Assembly (NCBI GenBank): GCA_964434945.1
Contig: CAYSWZ010000007.1
Coordinates: 12,593-76,592 of the forward strand
Length of the DNA stretch: 64,000 nt
Source: an uncultured bacterium
Lineage (GTDB): Bacteria > Eisenbacteria > RBG-16-71-46
Reading direction: 5' to 3'
The notes under the pieces were generated by a model. It did not search any database and had not been told where the DNA came from. It saw only the letters and a program-made list of their open reading frames with translations. The translations under genes were made by a program, and so were the position numbers. Each line of letters opens with the position of its first letter. The stretch's first letter is position 1. Of the stretch, positions 49,391 through 58,754 are shown in pieces.

Positions 49391-52300
49391 ATGCTCGTGT
49401 CCCCCTGGCGCCCGTTCCGCGCGCTGCTGCTGATGCTCGCGGCCACCACCGCCGCGCACGCCGCCGAAGTGTCGTTGGAAGTCCCCTCCGGCCCGACGAA
49501 GATGCTGCGGTCACCGACCGTGAGCGCGACGCAGATCGCGTTCGCATACGCGCAGAACATCTGGGTCGTCCCGCGCGCCGGCGGCGACGCCCGCCGGCTC
49601 ACGAGCTTCCAGGGACAGGCGAGTAATCCGCGCTTTTCGCCCGACGGACACTGGCTGGCATTCAGCGGCGAATACGCCGGCAACCTGGACGTGTACGTGA
49701 TCCCGGCGGAGGGCGGCGAGCCGAAGCGCCTGACGTGGCACCCCGGGCCGGACCAGGTCGAGGGCTGGACGCCGGACGGCAAGTCGGTCGTGTTCGCTTC
49801 GGGCCGCGCGTCGTGGGCGCCCTCCCCCGCGCCTCGGTTCTGGACCGTGCCCGCCGCGGGCGGGCCGGAGGAGCCCATGGTGCTCCCGCGCGCGTACCAG
49901 GGTCGCATTTCTCCCGACGGCGGCAAGCTTGCCTACCGCATGAACAACTCCTGGGACGAGGAGCGCCGCAACTATCGCGGCGGCCAGAATCGTCCGGTGT
50001 GGATCACGGACTTGAAGACGTTCGAGACCGTGTCGCCCCCGTGGCAGGGCTCCAAGGACATGGACCCGGCCTGGCTCGGCGACCACGTCGTGTTCATCAG
50101 CGACCGGGACGGCGTCGCGAACATCTGGTCGTGCGACGCGAAGGGCGGCGACTTGAAGCAGCTCACGAAGTTCACCGACTTCGACGTCAAGACGCTGGAC
50201 GCGGGCGCGGGTGTCGTGGTGTTCGAGCAGGCGGGCGTGATCCACGAGCTGGACCCCGGCTCGGGCGCCGAGCACGTCGTGCCGATCACGGCGCGCGGCG
50301 ACTTCCCGTGGATGATGCCGCACTGGGAGGACGTCGGCGGCCGCATCGCGAACCTGGCGATCTCTCCCACCGGGAAGCGCGTTCTGGTCGAGGCACGCGG
50401 CGAGATCTTCACCATCCCCGCCGAGAAGGGTGACGCGCGCAACCTCACGCGCTCGAGCGGCTCGGCCGAGCGCGACCCGGCCTGGTCACCGGACGGGAAA
50501 TGGATCTCGTACTGGTCCGACCGCTCGGGCGAGTACCAGCTCATGATCGAGTCGCAGGACGGAGTCTCGCCGCCCCGCGTCATCAGCGTCCCGAATCCGT
50601 GTCACTACTACACGGTCTCGTGGTCGCCGGATTCGAAGAAGATTCTCTACCACGACACGAACCTCAAGGTCTGGGTGCTCGACGTGGCGAGCGGCAAGGC
50701 GAAGGTCGTGGGCAACGATCCGTGGATGGTGCCCGCGCGCACGATGTTCCCGACGTGGAGCCCGGACTCGCGGTACGTCGCGTACGCCGCGCACCTGAAC
50801 TCGCTGTTCCGCGCCATCTTCGTGGCCGACGCCGAGACCGGCGAGTCGCACCAGGTGACCGACGGCCTCGCCGACGCCATGTACCCGGTGTTTGACGCCA
50901 GCGGCAAGTACCTCTGGTTCCTCGCCTCCACGGACTTCGGGCTCCGCTCGCAGTGGCTCGACATGACGTCGTACGACCACGAGGAGAATTTCGGGCTCTA
51001 CCTTGCCGTCCTGAAGAAGGGCGACCCGAGTCCGGTCCTGCCGGAGAGCGACGAGGATCGCGGCGTGTCCGCGTCCGACGCCGCTGCATCCGGCGGCGTG
51101 AAGGCGGAGGGCGCGAAGCCTGCGGGCAAGCCGGGGTCGTCGCAGGGCAGCGACGCGAAGCCCGCGAGCGCGGTGAGCGTGCGCATCGATTTCGACGGGC
51201 TCCAGTCGCGTGTCGTCTCGATCCCGGGTATTCCCGAGCGGCAGTACTCGCTCTTGAAGACCGGCCAGGCCGGCACGGTGTTCTACCTCGAGACCGCCGC
51301 GGGCGCCCCGCCGGGAAGCGGCGCGCAGCTCCAGCGCTACAAGCTCTCCGAGCGGAAGGCCACCCCATTCGTGGCGGAGGTCGGGGACTACGCCGTGAGT
51401 GCGGACGGGAAGAAGCTCGTCTACCGGGTCGCGGTGCCGCCGCCTCCGCCGCCGCCGCCCGGCCTGCCGGCGCCGAAGCCGGTGGCGCCGAGCCTCTACC
51501 TCGTGGACGCCGACAAGGCCCCGCCCGCGGCCGGCACCGGAAAGCTCTCGTACACGCTTCGCATGCTGCTCGACCCGCGCGCGGAGTTCGCGCAGATCTT
51601 CGCCGAGGGCTGGCGCGACGAGCGCGACTACCTCTACGTGTCCAACATGCACGGTGCCGACTGGCCGCAGATGCGCATCAACTACGGCAAGTTCCTGCCC
51701 TGGGTGCGGCACCGTGCGGACCTGAACTACCTGCTCGACATGATGGGAGCCGAGATCGCGATCGGTCACTCCTACGTGCGCGGCGGCGACATGCCGGAAG
51801 TGCCGCTCTCCCCCGGCGGATTGCTCGGCGCCGACTTCACCGTGGACGCCGGCCGCTATCGCATCCAGCGCATCTACGACAACGAGAGCTGGAACCCGGA
51901 CCTGAAGGCGCCGCTCGCCGCGCCGGGCGTGAACGTCGCGGTCGGCGATTACCTGCTTGCGGTGAACGGAGAAGAGCTGCGCGTGCCGGACAACCTCTAT
52001 CGCCTGCTCGACGGGACCGCGAACCGCCAGACCGTGCTCACGGTGAACAGCCGGCCGACGCTGGACGGCGCGCGCACGATCAGCGTCGTGCCGGTGGCGA
52101 ACGAGCAGCCGCTGCGCACACGGGCATGGGTCGAGTCCAACCGCCGCACGGTCGACAGGCTGTCGGGCGGGAAGCTCGCGTACGTCTACCTGCCCAACAC
52201 CGGGCAGCCCGGGTATGCGAGCTTCAATCGCTACTACTTCTCGCAGCAGGACCGCCCGGGCGTGGTCGTGGACGAGCGCTACAACGGCGGCGGCTCCGCG

Positions 52301-52789
52301 GCGGACTACATGATCGAGGTGATGGAGCGGACGTTCGACGGCTACTTCAACAACGTCGCCGGCAAGCGCGTGCCGTTCACGAGCCCCGCCGCCGGGATCT
52401 GGGGTCCGAAGGTCATGATCGCGAACGAGATGTCGGGCTCGGGCGGCGACTACCTGCCGTACATGTTCAAGGCCCGGAAGCTCGGCACGCTGGTGGGCAA
52501 GCGGACGTGGGGCGGTCTCGTGCACACGGCCGACACGCCGCTGTTCGTGGACGGCGGCTCGATGATCGCGCCGCGCGGCGGATACTTCGCGGCCGACGGT
52601 CACTGGGCGGTGGAGAACGAGGGCGTCGCACCCGACGTCGACGTGGAGAACTGGCCGAAGGAAGTGATCGCGGGCCACGATCCGCAGCTCGAGCGCGCGG
52701 TGGAAGTGGCGCTGAAGCAACTCGCCGAGCACCCGGTCGAGCGCCGCATGCAGGAGCCGCCACCGCCGACCTGGGGCAAGCGACGCTAG
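49391..52789 (+). CDS. Tricorn protease homologue (two beta-propellers, a PDZ domain and an S41 peptidase domain), 1132 aa
   Basis: Signal peptide, repeated propeller blades, and the S41 catalytic region ...NEMSGSGGDYLPYMF.... Confidence 0.85.
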   Translation: MLVSPWRPFRALLLMLAATTAAHAAEVSLEVPSGPTKMLRSPTVSATQIAFAYAQNIWVVPRAGGDARRLTSFQGQASNPRFSPDGHWLAFSGEYAGNLDVYVIPAEGGEPKRLTWHPGPDQVEGWTPDGKSVVFASGRASWAPSPAPRFWTVPAAGGPEEPMVLPRAYQGRISPDGGKLAYRMNNSWDEERRNYRGGQNRPVWITDLKTFETVSPPWQGSKDMDPAWLGDHVVFISDRDGVANIWSCDAKGGDLKQLTKFTDFDVKTLDAGAGVVVFEQAGVIHELDPGSGAEHVVPITARGDFPWMMPHWEDVGGRIANLAISPTGKRVLVEARGEIFTIPAEKGDARNLTRSSGSAERDPAWSPDGKWISYWSDRSGEYQLMIESQDGVSPPRVISVPNPCHYYTVSWSPDSKKILYHDTNLKVWVLDVASGKAKVVGNDPWMVPARTMFPTWSPDSRYVAYAAHLNSLFRAIFVADAETGESHQVTDGLADAMYPVFDASGKYLWFLASTDFGLRSQWLDMTSYDHEENFGLYLAVLKKGDPSPVLPESDEDRGVSASDAAASGGVKAEGAKPAGKPGSSQGSDAKPASAVSVRIDFDGLQSRVVSIPGIPERQYSLLKTGQAGTVFYLETAAGAPPGSGAQLQRYKLSERKATPFVAEVGDYAVSADGKKLVYRVAVPPPPPPPPGLPAPKPVAPSLYLVDADKAPPAAGTGKLSYTLRMLLDPRAEFAQIFAEGWRDERDYLYVSNMHGADWPQMRINYGKFLPWVRHRADLNYLLDMMGAEIAIGHSYVRGGDMPEVPLSPGGLLGADFTVDAGRYRIQRIYDNESWNPDLKAPLAAPGVNVAVGDYLLAVNGEELRVPDNLYRLLDGTANRQTVLTVNSRPTLDGARTISVVPVANEQPLRTRAWVESNRRTVDRLSGGKLAYVYLPNTGQPGYASFNRYYFSQQDRPGVVVDERYNGGGSAADYMIEVMERTFDGYFNNVAGKRVPFTSPAAGIWGPKVMIANEMSGSGGDYLPYMFKARKLGTLVGKRTWGGLVHTADTPLFVDGGSMIAPRGGYFAADGHWAVENEGVAPDVDVENWPKEVIAGHDPQLERAVEVALKQLAEHPVERRMQEPPPPTWGKRR

Positions 52790-52878
52790 CACGCGCCGGC
52801 GCGCACGAAGCAGAATCCGAAGCGCCTCCGGAATGATGGGGCAACAGGTTACGCCGGCAGTCGAATCCGGCACATGAA

Positions 52879-52909
52879 GCGGCGGTCCGGCCCTCGGCCG
52901 GGCCGCCGC
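52879..52909 (+). terminator. GC-rich hairpin after the Tricorn gene (14-bp stem with one G-U wobble, 3-nt loop)
   Basis: gcggcggtccggcc-ctc-ggccgggccgccgc. No clear U-tract. Confidence 0.4.
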
Positions 52910-53065
52910 GCCCGTCTCCGCGCGCCTGCCGCACCCACGACACTTCCCGCGCATGAACGTCGCGCAGCCGGCCGATAACTGACCCGCGAAGTGTTGCCCA
53001 CCCTCCCGCGGCACCGTCCGGAGGCCACGGCCCCGGACGTCCGCCAGCCTATGAAGGAGCGATTC

Positions 53066-55747
53066 ATGAAGCCGTTCAAGAACCTCATGGGGAACGGTGC
53101 GAAGGAGCAGGAGCAGCTCGAGGCGATGCGCACCGTACTGGCGGACATCCAGCGCGAGCGCCAGCGCTACGAAGCCCTGGTCGAAGGATCCAAGGCCGGC
53201 GCCGATCGCCTGAAGCAGCTCGGCGAACCGCTCGCGAAGACCGAGGGCGAGATGCACGCGCTCGAGACGCGCATGGCCCAGATGGAGGAGCGGTTCCAGG
53301 CGATGGTGAAACTGGCCGACCTGTTCAACAACCTGGACGAACGCGCCGAAGGCCTCGTGAAGAGCACGCAGTGGGCGGAGTCGCGGCTGTCGAGCGCACT
53401 CGAGGGCTCGCAGAAGATCGAGTCCACCATGGCCGACCTCGTGAGCAAGACCGAGCTTGCCGGCGACCTGAAGGAACGCCTCACCGGCTTCCTCGAGGTC
53501 GAGAAGCCGTTCCAGCTCCTGCGCGGCGAGGCCGAGTCGCTGCACGGCCAGCTCGAAGGCGCCGCCGAACGCATGGCCCGCCTGCGCGACCAGCACGACC
53601 GCCTGCTCGACGCGCACAAGTCGGCGACCACGAAGCTCGAGGCGATGGACCGCCGCCGCGACGAGCTGGGCCGCTCGCTGCAGGACAAGGAGCGGCGCGT
53701 CGAGTCCGTCGAAGCCGCCATCCACAGCATGGACGGCGTCCACCAGGTGATCAACGAGGTGAAGCGCGAGGTGGTCACCTTGAAGGCGCTCGGCGACTCG
53801 GTGGCGCAGAAGACCGCGGCGCTCGAGGCGCACCGCGAGGCGCTCGATCGCGCGCTCGCGCAGACCGAGCATCTCGATCGCGCCATGCGCACGATCGACG
53901 CCGGCGTCCGCCAGCAGAAGGAGAACGAGAAGACGCTGGCCGCGTTCTCGGAGCAGGTCGCGGCGCTCCGCTCGCTGCACGAGGCGGTCATCGACCGCTC
54001 CAACGAGGTCACCCAGCTCCAGCGCCAGGCGCACGAACAGACGGTGGCGACGCGCCAGGACCTGGCCTCGATGAGCGACGAGATGAAGAGCACGGTCGAG
54101 CGCTTCGACTTCGAGGCGCGCGGGCTCGAATCGGTGAGCCAGCGCGTCGCCGACCTGCGCGGCGACCTGAGCACGTGCGAGAACCGGTTCAAGGGCCTGC
54201 ACGAGGCGAGCCTGACCATGGGCGAGTTGAAGCACCAGGTGGAATCGGTGGCTGCCCAGCTGCTGTCGATGACGCAGGAGGTCGGCCAGGTGGACCGCGA
54301 GGTGGGCAAGCTGCACGCCATCCGCCGCGATCTCGACGCCACCTCGAACACCGCGCGTGCGGTGAGCGAGCAGGTGGCGCGCATCGAGGCCTCGCGTGCG
54401 GCGGTCGACGCCGGCTTGAAGGACCTGTCGCAGCTCGCCGGCGCGCACGCCTCGGTTCGGGACGCGCTCGAGCAGATGCAGCTCGTCCAGGAGGAGACGA
54501 ACCGCGTGCGCCAGTCGCAGGCGGAGACCCGCACCTGGCTCGGCGACGTCGTGACGCAGGTCGCCGACCTGCGCCAGCGCTTCACGGACCTGAAGGGGTT
54601 CGAGCCGGCGCTCGAGGCGGTGCGCACCCAGGCGCAGCGCATCCAGGACGCAACCACGTCCATCGAACTGCGGAAGGAGTTCGTGGACAACCTGCAGCGG
54701 CGCATGTCCGAGATCGGCTCGCTCACCGCGCGCATCGACGAGCGCGGGCAGCAGCTGGCCGAGCGCATGGACGCCGCGGAGCAGCGGTTCGCGAGCCTCG
54801 GCCACGAGGCGGCCACCGCCGAGCAGGTCGCCAACACCATCGCGGGCGTGAATGCCCGGGTGGAGCAGGCTGCGCTCCAGGCGGACGACGTGCAGAAGAC
54901 GGTCCGGTCGCTCGAGACCCGCTGCGAGTCGGTCGAGGCCATCGCCGGCGAGACGAAGGCGCTGCGGAAGGAGATCGAGCAGCGGCAGCGTGCGCTGGCC
55001 GAGGCCACGAAGCAGCTGCAGAAGACCTCGACCCTGCGCGAGGAGGCGGCGAACGCCGCGAGCCAGCTCGACGAGCTGGCGAGCCGGCTGACCACCACGC
55101 TCGGCACCGCCGACCAGCGGGTGCTCGAGGTGGACGAGCTGACCTCGAAGCTCGAGGATCGCACGCAGAACCTGCGCGCGGTCGAGAAGCGGCTCGACGA
55201 GTTCGAGGCGCGCATGGCGAAGTGGGACGTCACCGAGCAGGAGATCGCCCGTTCGCTCGAGCAGATCGCTTCCCGCCAGGGCACGATCGACTCGCTGCAG
55301 GGGGATCTCGACCGCATGTTCGCCATGGCCGAGAAGACCTCGATTCACGTGCGCGAGATCACCTCGGCGCACACGGAACTCGAGCAGAGCCGCGGCACGT
55401 TGAAGGACGTGCTCGGGCAGTTGAAGCAGCTCCGCGACGGAAAGAACACGCTCGAGGAGCGGAAGCGCCAGATCGCGCAGGCGGAGGAGAGGCTGTCACG
55501 CGCCGACGCGCTGCTGGTCGAGGTGCGCTCGAGCCTCGAGATCCTCGAGGGGCAGAAGGTGCTGGTGGAGCAGGCCGTCGAGAAGGCGGGTTCGCTCCAG
55601 TCGCTGCTGCGGCAGGCGGACGCCGCGGTGGAGGACCTGCGCGAGGCGAGCCGGACGAGCGTGCGCATGCGCGGCAACATCATCGACTTCCCGGGCCCGG
55701 GGATGCAGGACGAGGACGACGACGAGGACATCGCCGACGCCGCGTGA
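53066..55747 (+). CDS. 893-aa coiled-coil protein (essentially all heptad-repeat sequence; no TM segment or signal peptide)
   Basis: AAGGAG sits 6 nt upstream of the ATG at 53066; an in-frame ATG at 53051 is the alternative start. The composition is Glu/Ala/Arg/Leu/Gln-rich along its entire length, with an acidic tail DEDDDEDIADAA. Confidence 0.7.
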   Translation: MKPFKNLMGNGAKEQEQLEAMRTVLADIQRERQRYEALVEGSKAGADRLKQLGEPLAKTEGEMHALETRMAQMEERFQAMVKLADLFNNLDERAEGLVKSTQWAESRLSSALEGSQKIESTMADLVSKTELAGDLKERLTGFLEVEKPFQLLRGEAESLHGQLEGAAERMARLRDQHDRLLDAHKSATTKLEAMDRRRDELGRSLQDKERRVESVEAAIHSMDGVHQVINEVKREVVTLKALGDSVAQKTAALEAHREALDRALAQTEHLDRAMRTIDAGVRQQKENEKTLAAFSEQVAALRSLHEAVIDRSNEVTQLQRQAHEQTVATRQDLASMSDEMKSTVERFDFEARGLESVSQRVADLRGDLSTCENRFKGLHEASLTMGELKHQVESVAAQLLSMTQEVGQVDREVGKLHAIRRDLDATSNTARAVSEQVARIEASRAAVDAGLKDLSQLAGAHASVRDALEQMQLVQEETNRVRQSQAETRTWLGDVVTQVADLRQRFTDLKGFEPALEAVRTQAQRIQDATTSIELRKEFVDNLQRRMSEIGSLTARIDERGQQLAERMDAAEQRFASLGHEAATAEQVANTIAGVNARVEQAALQADDVQKTVRSLETRCESVEAIAGETKALRKEIEQRQRALAEATKQLQKTSTLREEAANAASQLDELASRLTTTLGTADQRVLEVDELTSKLEDRTQNLRAVEKRLDEFEARMAKWDVTEQEIARSLEQIASRQGTIDSLQGDLDRMFAMAEKTSIHVREITSAHTELEQSRGTLKDVLGQLKQLRDGKNTLEERKRQIAQAEERLSRADALLVEVRSSLEILEGQKVLVEQAVEKAGSLQSLLRQADAAVEDLREASRTSVRMRGNIIDFPGPGMQDEDDDEDIADAA

Positions 55748-55788
55748 CCGTTGCGCCCGCGGCGGGCGCGATCGCAGGAATCGGGAGC

Positions 55789-55819
55789 GGGGAGGCCCAA
55801 TCGGCCTCCCCTTTCCGTT
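55789..55819 (+). terminator. Rho-independent terminator: ggggaggcc-caatc-ggcctcccc followed by TTTCCGTT
   Basis: 9-bp perfect GC stem, 5-nt loop and a T-rich tail, 40 nt after the coiled-coil gene stop. Confidence 0.6.
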
Positions 55820-55883
55820 GCCCGGTGGGGTACGCTTCGTGCGGGGATTCGTCGCTCTTCATTCCACACGGAGGGTCACCACC

Positions 55884-56312
55884 ATGCGGCTCGCCCTGCT
55901 CTGCCTCTTCCTCTTCGCCGCGCTCCCCGCCCGGGCGGGTGCCCCGGGCGTGTGCCCGGCTTCGGCCGCGAACGTGGTGCGGTTCCATCCGGGTCCGTGG
56001 CAGCTCCCGTCGTCCGTCGCGCGCTCCGGCGTGCGCTTCGAACCCGAGACGGGCGAAGCGGCGACCGACCTTCCCGGCACCGCGGCGTTCATGTCGTCAG
56101 AAGCCGCGCTGCGGGCAAGCGCCGAAGCCAACGTGCGCACGTTTCCCGACGGTTCGCGGCACGCGGTCCTGAACGGAGCGATCCGCGCGTGGACGGTTGC
56201 GACCATCGATGACCAGGGCCGCCTGACCCAGGATTGCGTCCACAGCGAGGCCGAGGCCCGCAGGCTCATCGAGGCCGCGGCCGCCGCGGCAGCGGCGCGG
56301 GAGCACAAGTGA
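55884..56312 (+). CDS. small secreted hypothetical protein (142 aa)
   Basis: Signal peptide MRLALLCLFLFAALPARAGA. Its TGA overlaps the GTG of the following protease. Confidence 0.5.
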   Translation: MRLALLCLFLFAALPARAGAPGVCPASAANVVRFHPGPWQLPSSVARSGVRFEPETGEAATDLPGTAAFMSSEAALRASAEANVRTFPDGSRHAVLNGAIRAWTVATIDDQGRLTQDCVHSEAEARRLIEAAAAAAAAREHK

Positions 56313-57997
56313 GCGCCCGCACGCGCCTCGGCGCGGTATTGCTTGCGCTCGCGACGCTCGCGCTTCCCGGCGCGGCGCATGCCACGTTCGTGATCGTCAA
56401 CCTCGACGGCCCGGGCGAAGGCTTCAACGACCCCACGCCGGCGGCGCCCGTGGGCGGCAACCCCGGCACCACCGTCGGCCAGCAGCGGCTCAACGTCTTC
56501 ATGAAAGCGGGCCAGATCTGGGACGGCATCCTCCAGAGCCCGATCACCATTCGCGTGCAGGCGTCGTTCGATCCGCTCTCCTGCTCGCCCACGAGCGGCG
56601 TGCTGGGTTCAGCCGGCGCGAACGTGGTCGACTCGGACTTCCCCGGCGCCGCGAAACCCGCCACCTGGTACGTCGGCGCCGAGGCGAACCGGCTCGCGAA
56701 CACCGACCTCGATCCGGCGGATGACGACATCGTGGCGCAGTTCAACTCGGTGGTGGGCACGCCGAGCTGCCTCACCACGCGGTTCTGGTACTACGGCTTC
56801 GACGGCAACGAGGGCGCGAACGGAATCGACCTGCTCGCCGTGTTGCTGCACGAGTTCGCCCACGGCCTGGGCTTCCTCACCACCACCGACGAGACGGACG
56901 GTTCCTACTTCTCCGGCCAGCCGAGCATCTGGGATTACTTCCTGATGGACGACATCAGCAACAAGCACTGGGTGGACATGACGCCCGCCGAGCGCATCGC
57001 CTCGTCCATCAACACGAACCACCTGGTGTGGGACGGCCCGGCGGTGACCGCGTGGGCGCCGAAGACGCTCGGGAAGCGCCTGCACGTGGTGACGGCCGGG
57101 GCGCTGGTCGGCGACTTCACGAGCGGCCAGGGCGTGTTCTACCCGACGCCCTCGACGACAGGCGTCACGGGGCAGGTCGTGCTGGTCGCGGACGGCGTGG
57201 GCACCACGACCGATGGCTGCAGCACGCCGTTCACGAACGCGGGCGCGATCGCGGGCAGGATCGCGCTCATGGACCGGAGTGCCAGCTGCACCATGCCGCA
57301 GCAGGCGGCGAACGCACAGGCGAACGGCGCCATCGGCGCCATCCTCATCAACAACGTGTCGGGTCCGGAGCCGCCGCTGCGCGGCGCCGCGCCGACCGTC
57401 ACCATCCCGGTCACCGCGCTGTCGCAGACCGACGGCAACGCGATCCGGGCGGCGCTCGGCTCGGGCACCGTCACGGCGACCCTCGCGCTCGACCCCGCGC
57501 ACACGGCGGGCGTGGACAACGCGGGCCGCGTGCTCATGTTCGCCCCCAATCCCGATCAGCCGGGCTCCAGCGTGTCGCACTGGGACGTGTCGGCGTTCCC
57601 GAACCTGCTCATGGAGCCGGTCATCAATCCCGACCTGACGCAAAAGGTCGACCTGACGTTCCAGAACTTCTACGACATCGGCTGGTTCCCGCAGCTCGTC
57701 GACGTGCCCGCGGACTCGCGCAGCGCGTTCTCGTTCACGCAGGGACCCAATCCCTCGCGCGAGGGCGGTACGCTGCGGTTCCGCCTGCCGTCGGCGCAGC
57801 ACGTGGAGCTGTCGCTCTACGACCTCGCCGGGCGGCGGATCGCGAGGCTCGTCGACGGTACGCTCGATGGCGGCGAGCACAGCGTCGCGTGGTCGCGCAC
57901 CGATGACCGCGGCCACCGGGTCGCGGCCGGCGTCTACCTCGCGCGCATCAAGGCCGGCGCAATCGAGCGCACGGTCAACGTGGTGCTGATGGATTGA
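56309..57997 (+). CDS. secreted zincin metalloprotease (HEXXH) with a protease-associated (PA) domain and a C-terminal FlgD-Ig/T9SS-type sorting domain
   Basis: Signal peptide. Catalytic motif LLHEFAHGLGF. PA-like region ...GRIALMDRSASCTMPQQAANAQANGAIGAILINN.... C-terminus ...LSLYDLAGRRIARLVDGTLDGGEHSVAWSRTDDRGHRVAAGVYLARIKAG.... Confidence 0.7.
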   Translation: MSARTRLGAVLLALATLALPGAAHATFVIVNLDGPGEGFNDPTPAAPVGGNPGTTVGQQRLNVFMKAGQIWDGILQSPITIRVQASFDPLSCSPTSGVLGSAGANVVDSDFPGAAKPATWYVGAEANRLANTDLDPADDDIVAQFNSVVGTPSCLTTRFWYYGFDGNEGANGIDLLAVLLHEFAHGLGFLTTTDETDGSYFSGQPSIWDYFLMDDISNKHWVDMTPAERIASSINTNHLVWDGPAVTAWAPKTLGKRLHVVTAGALVGDFTSGQGVFYPTPSTTGVTGQVVLVADGVGTTTDGCSTPFTNAGAIAGRIALMDRSASCTMPQQAANAQANGAIGAILINNVSGPEPPLRGAAPTVTIPVTALSQTDGNAIRAALGSGTVTATLALDPAHTAGVDNAGRVLMFAPNPDQPGSSVSHWDVSAFPNLLMEPVINPDLTQKVDLTFQNFYDIGWFPQLVDVPADSRSAFSFTQGPNPSREGGTLRFRLPSAQHVELSLYDLAGRRIARLVDGTLDGGEHSVAWSRTDDRGHRVAAGVYLARIKAGAIERTVNVVLMD

Positions 57998-58021
57998 GGT
58001 GGTGCGGGCAGCAGAAAGTCG

Positions 58022-58051
58022 CGGCGGGCGGGGCTCAGGCTCCGCCCGCCG
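58022..58051. terminator. bidirectional hairpin between the zincin gene and kdpE (10-bp perfect stem cggcgggcgg / ccgcccgccg with a 10-nt loop)
   Basis: The loop contains the kdpE stop codon. Confidence 0.4.
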
Positions 58052-58754
58052 GCGTGTCCGCCAGGCGGTAGCCGACGCCGGTCTCGGTCAGGAGCCAGCG
58101 CGGGCGCGACGGATCGGCCTCGAGCTTGTGCCGGAGCTGCGCCATGTAGACGCGCAGGTAGTGATGCTGGCTCGTGTAGGCCGGGCCCCAGACCGCGTTC
58201 AGCAGCACCTCGTGCGTGAGCACGCGCCCCGGGTGCCGGGCGAGCGCCGCGAGCAGCTTGTACTCGCGCGGCGTGAGCTTCACCTCGCGGCCGCTCACGG
58301 TCACGAGGCGTTGCCCGAGGTCCACGCGCAGCGCGCCCGATTCCACCACGCTGGACCCTTCCCCGTCCTGCGTCTTCGCGCTCCGACGCAGCGCGGCGCG
58401 CATGCGGGCCACGAGTTCGCCCATCGCGAACGGCTTCGTCACGTAGTCGTCCGCGCCCGCGTCCAACGCGTGGATCTTGTCGCTCTCCTGCCCGCGCGCG
58501 GACAGCACCAGCACGGGCACCGTGCTCCACTCGCGCAGCCGCCGCACCACCTCCACCCCGTCCATGTCCGGGAGCCCGAGGTCCAGGAGCACGAGCTCGG
58601 GCGCGCGCATGGCCGCCTGCGCGATGCCGTCCTCCGCGGTCACGGCCTCCACGAGCCGGAATCCCTGCGACTCGAGCCCCGCGCGCAGGAAGCGCCGGAT
58701 GGGCGCGTCGTCCTCGATCACCAGGACCACGGTCGCGGGGGACGTCTCGTTCAC
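58035..58754 (-). CDS. kdpE: OmpR-family response regulator KdpE
   Basis: Receiver domain (LVIEDD....LLDLGLPDMDG) plus winged-helix domain (...LTPREYKLLAALARHPGRVLT...). The GTG start overlaps the kdpD TGA. Confidence 0.85.
   Translation of the reverse strand: MNETSPATVVLVIEDDAPIRRFLRAGLESQGFRLVEAVTAEDGIAQAAMRAPELVLLDLGLPDMDGVEVVRRLREWSTVPVLVLSARGQESDKIHALDAGADDYVTKPFAMGELVARMRAALRRSAKTQDGEGSSVVESGALRVDLGQRLVTVSGREVKLTPREYKLLAALARHPGRVLTHEVLLNAVWGPAYTSQHHYLRVYMAQLRHKLEADPSRPRWLLTETGVGYRLADTPAGGA

Noticed and set aside
50486-55372. Very long antisense or alternative-frame ORFs, for example 50486..55372(-) at 1628 aa, 53167..55326(-), 53371..56172(+), 8657..10867(+), 16132..17628(-), 952..2577(+), 5981..7192(-) and 19157..21148(+).
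   Set aside because: Their translations are Arg/Ala/Gly/Pro-rich low-complexity sequence with no motifs. They overlap well-supported genes on the other strand or frame, and they are the expected stop-free shadow ORFs of a 70% GC genome.
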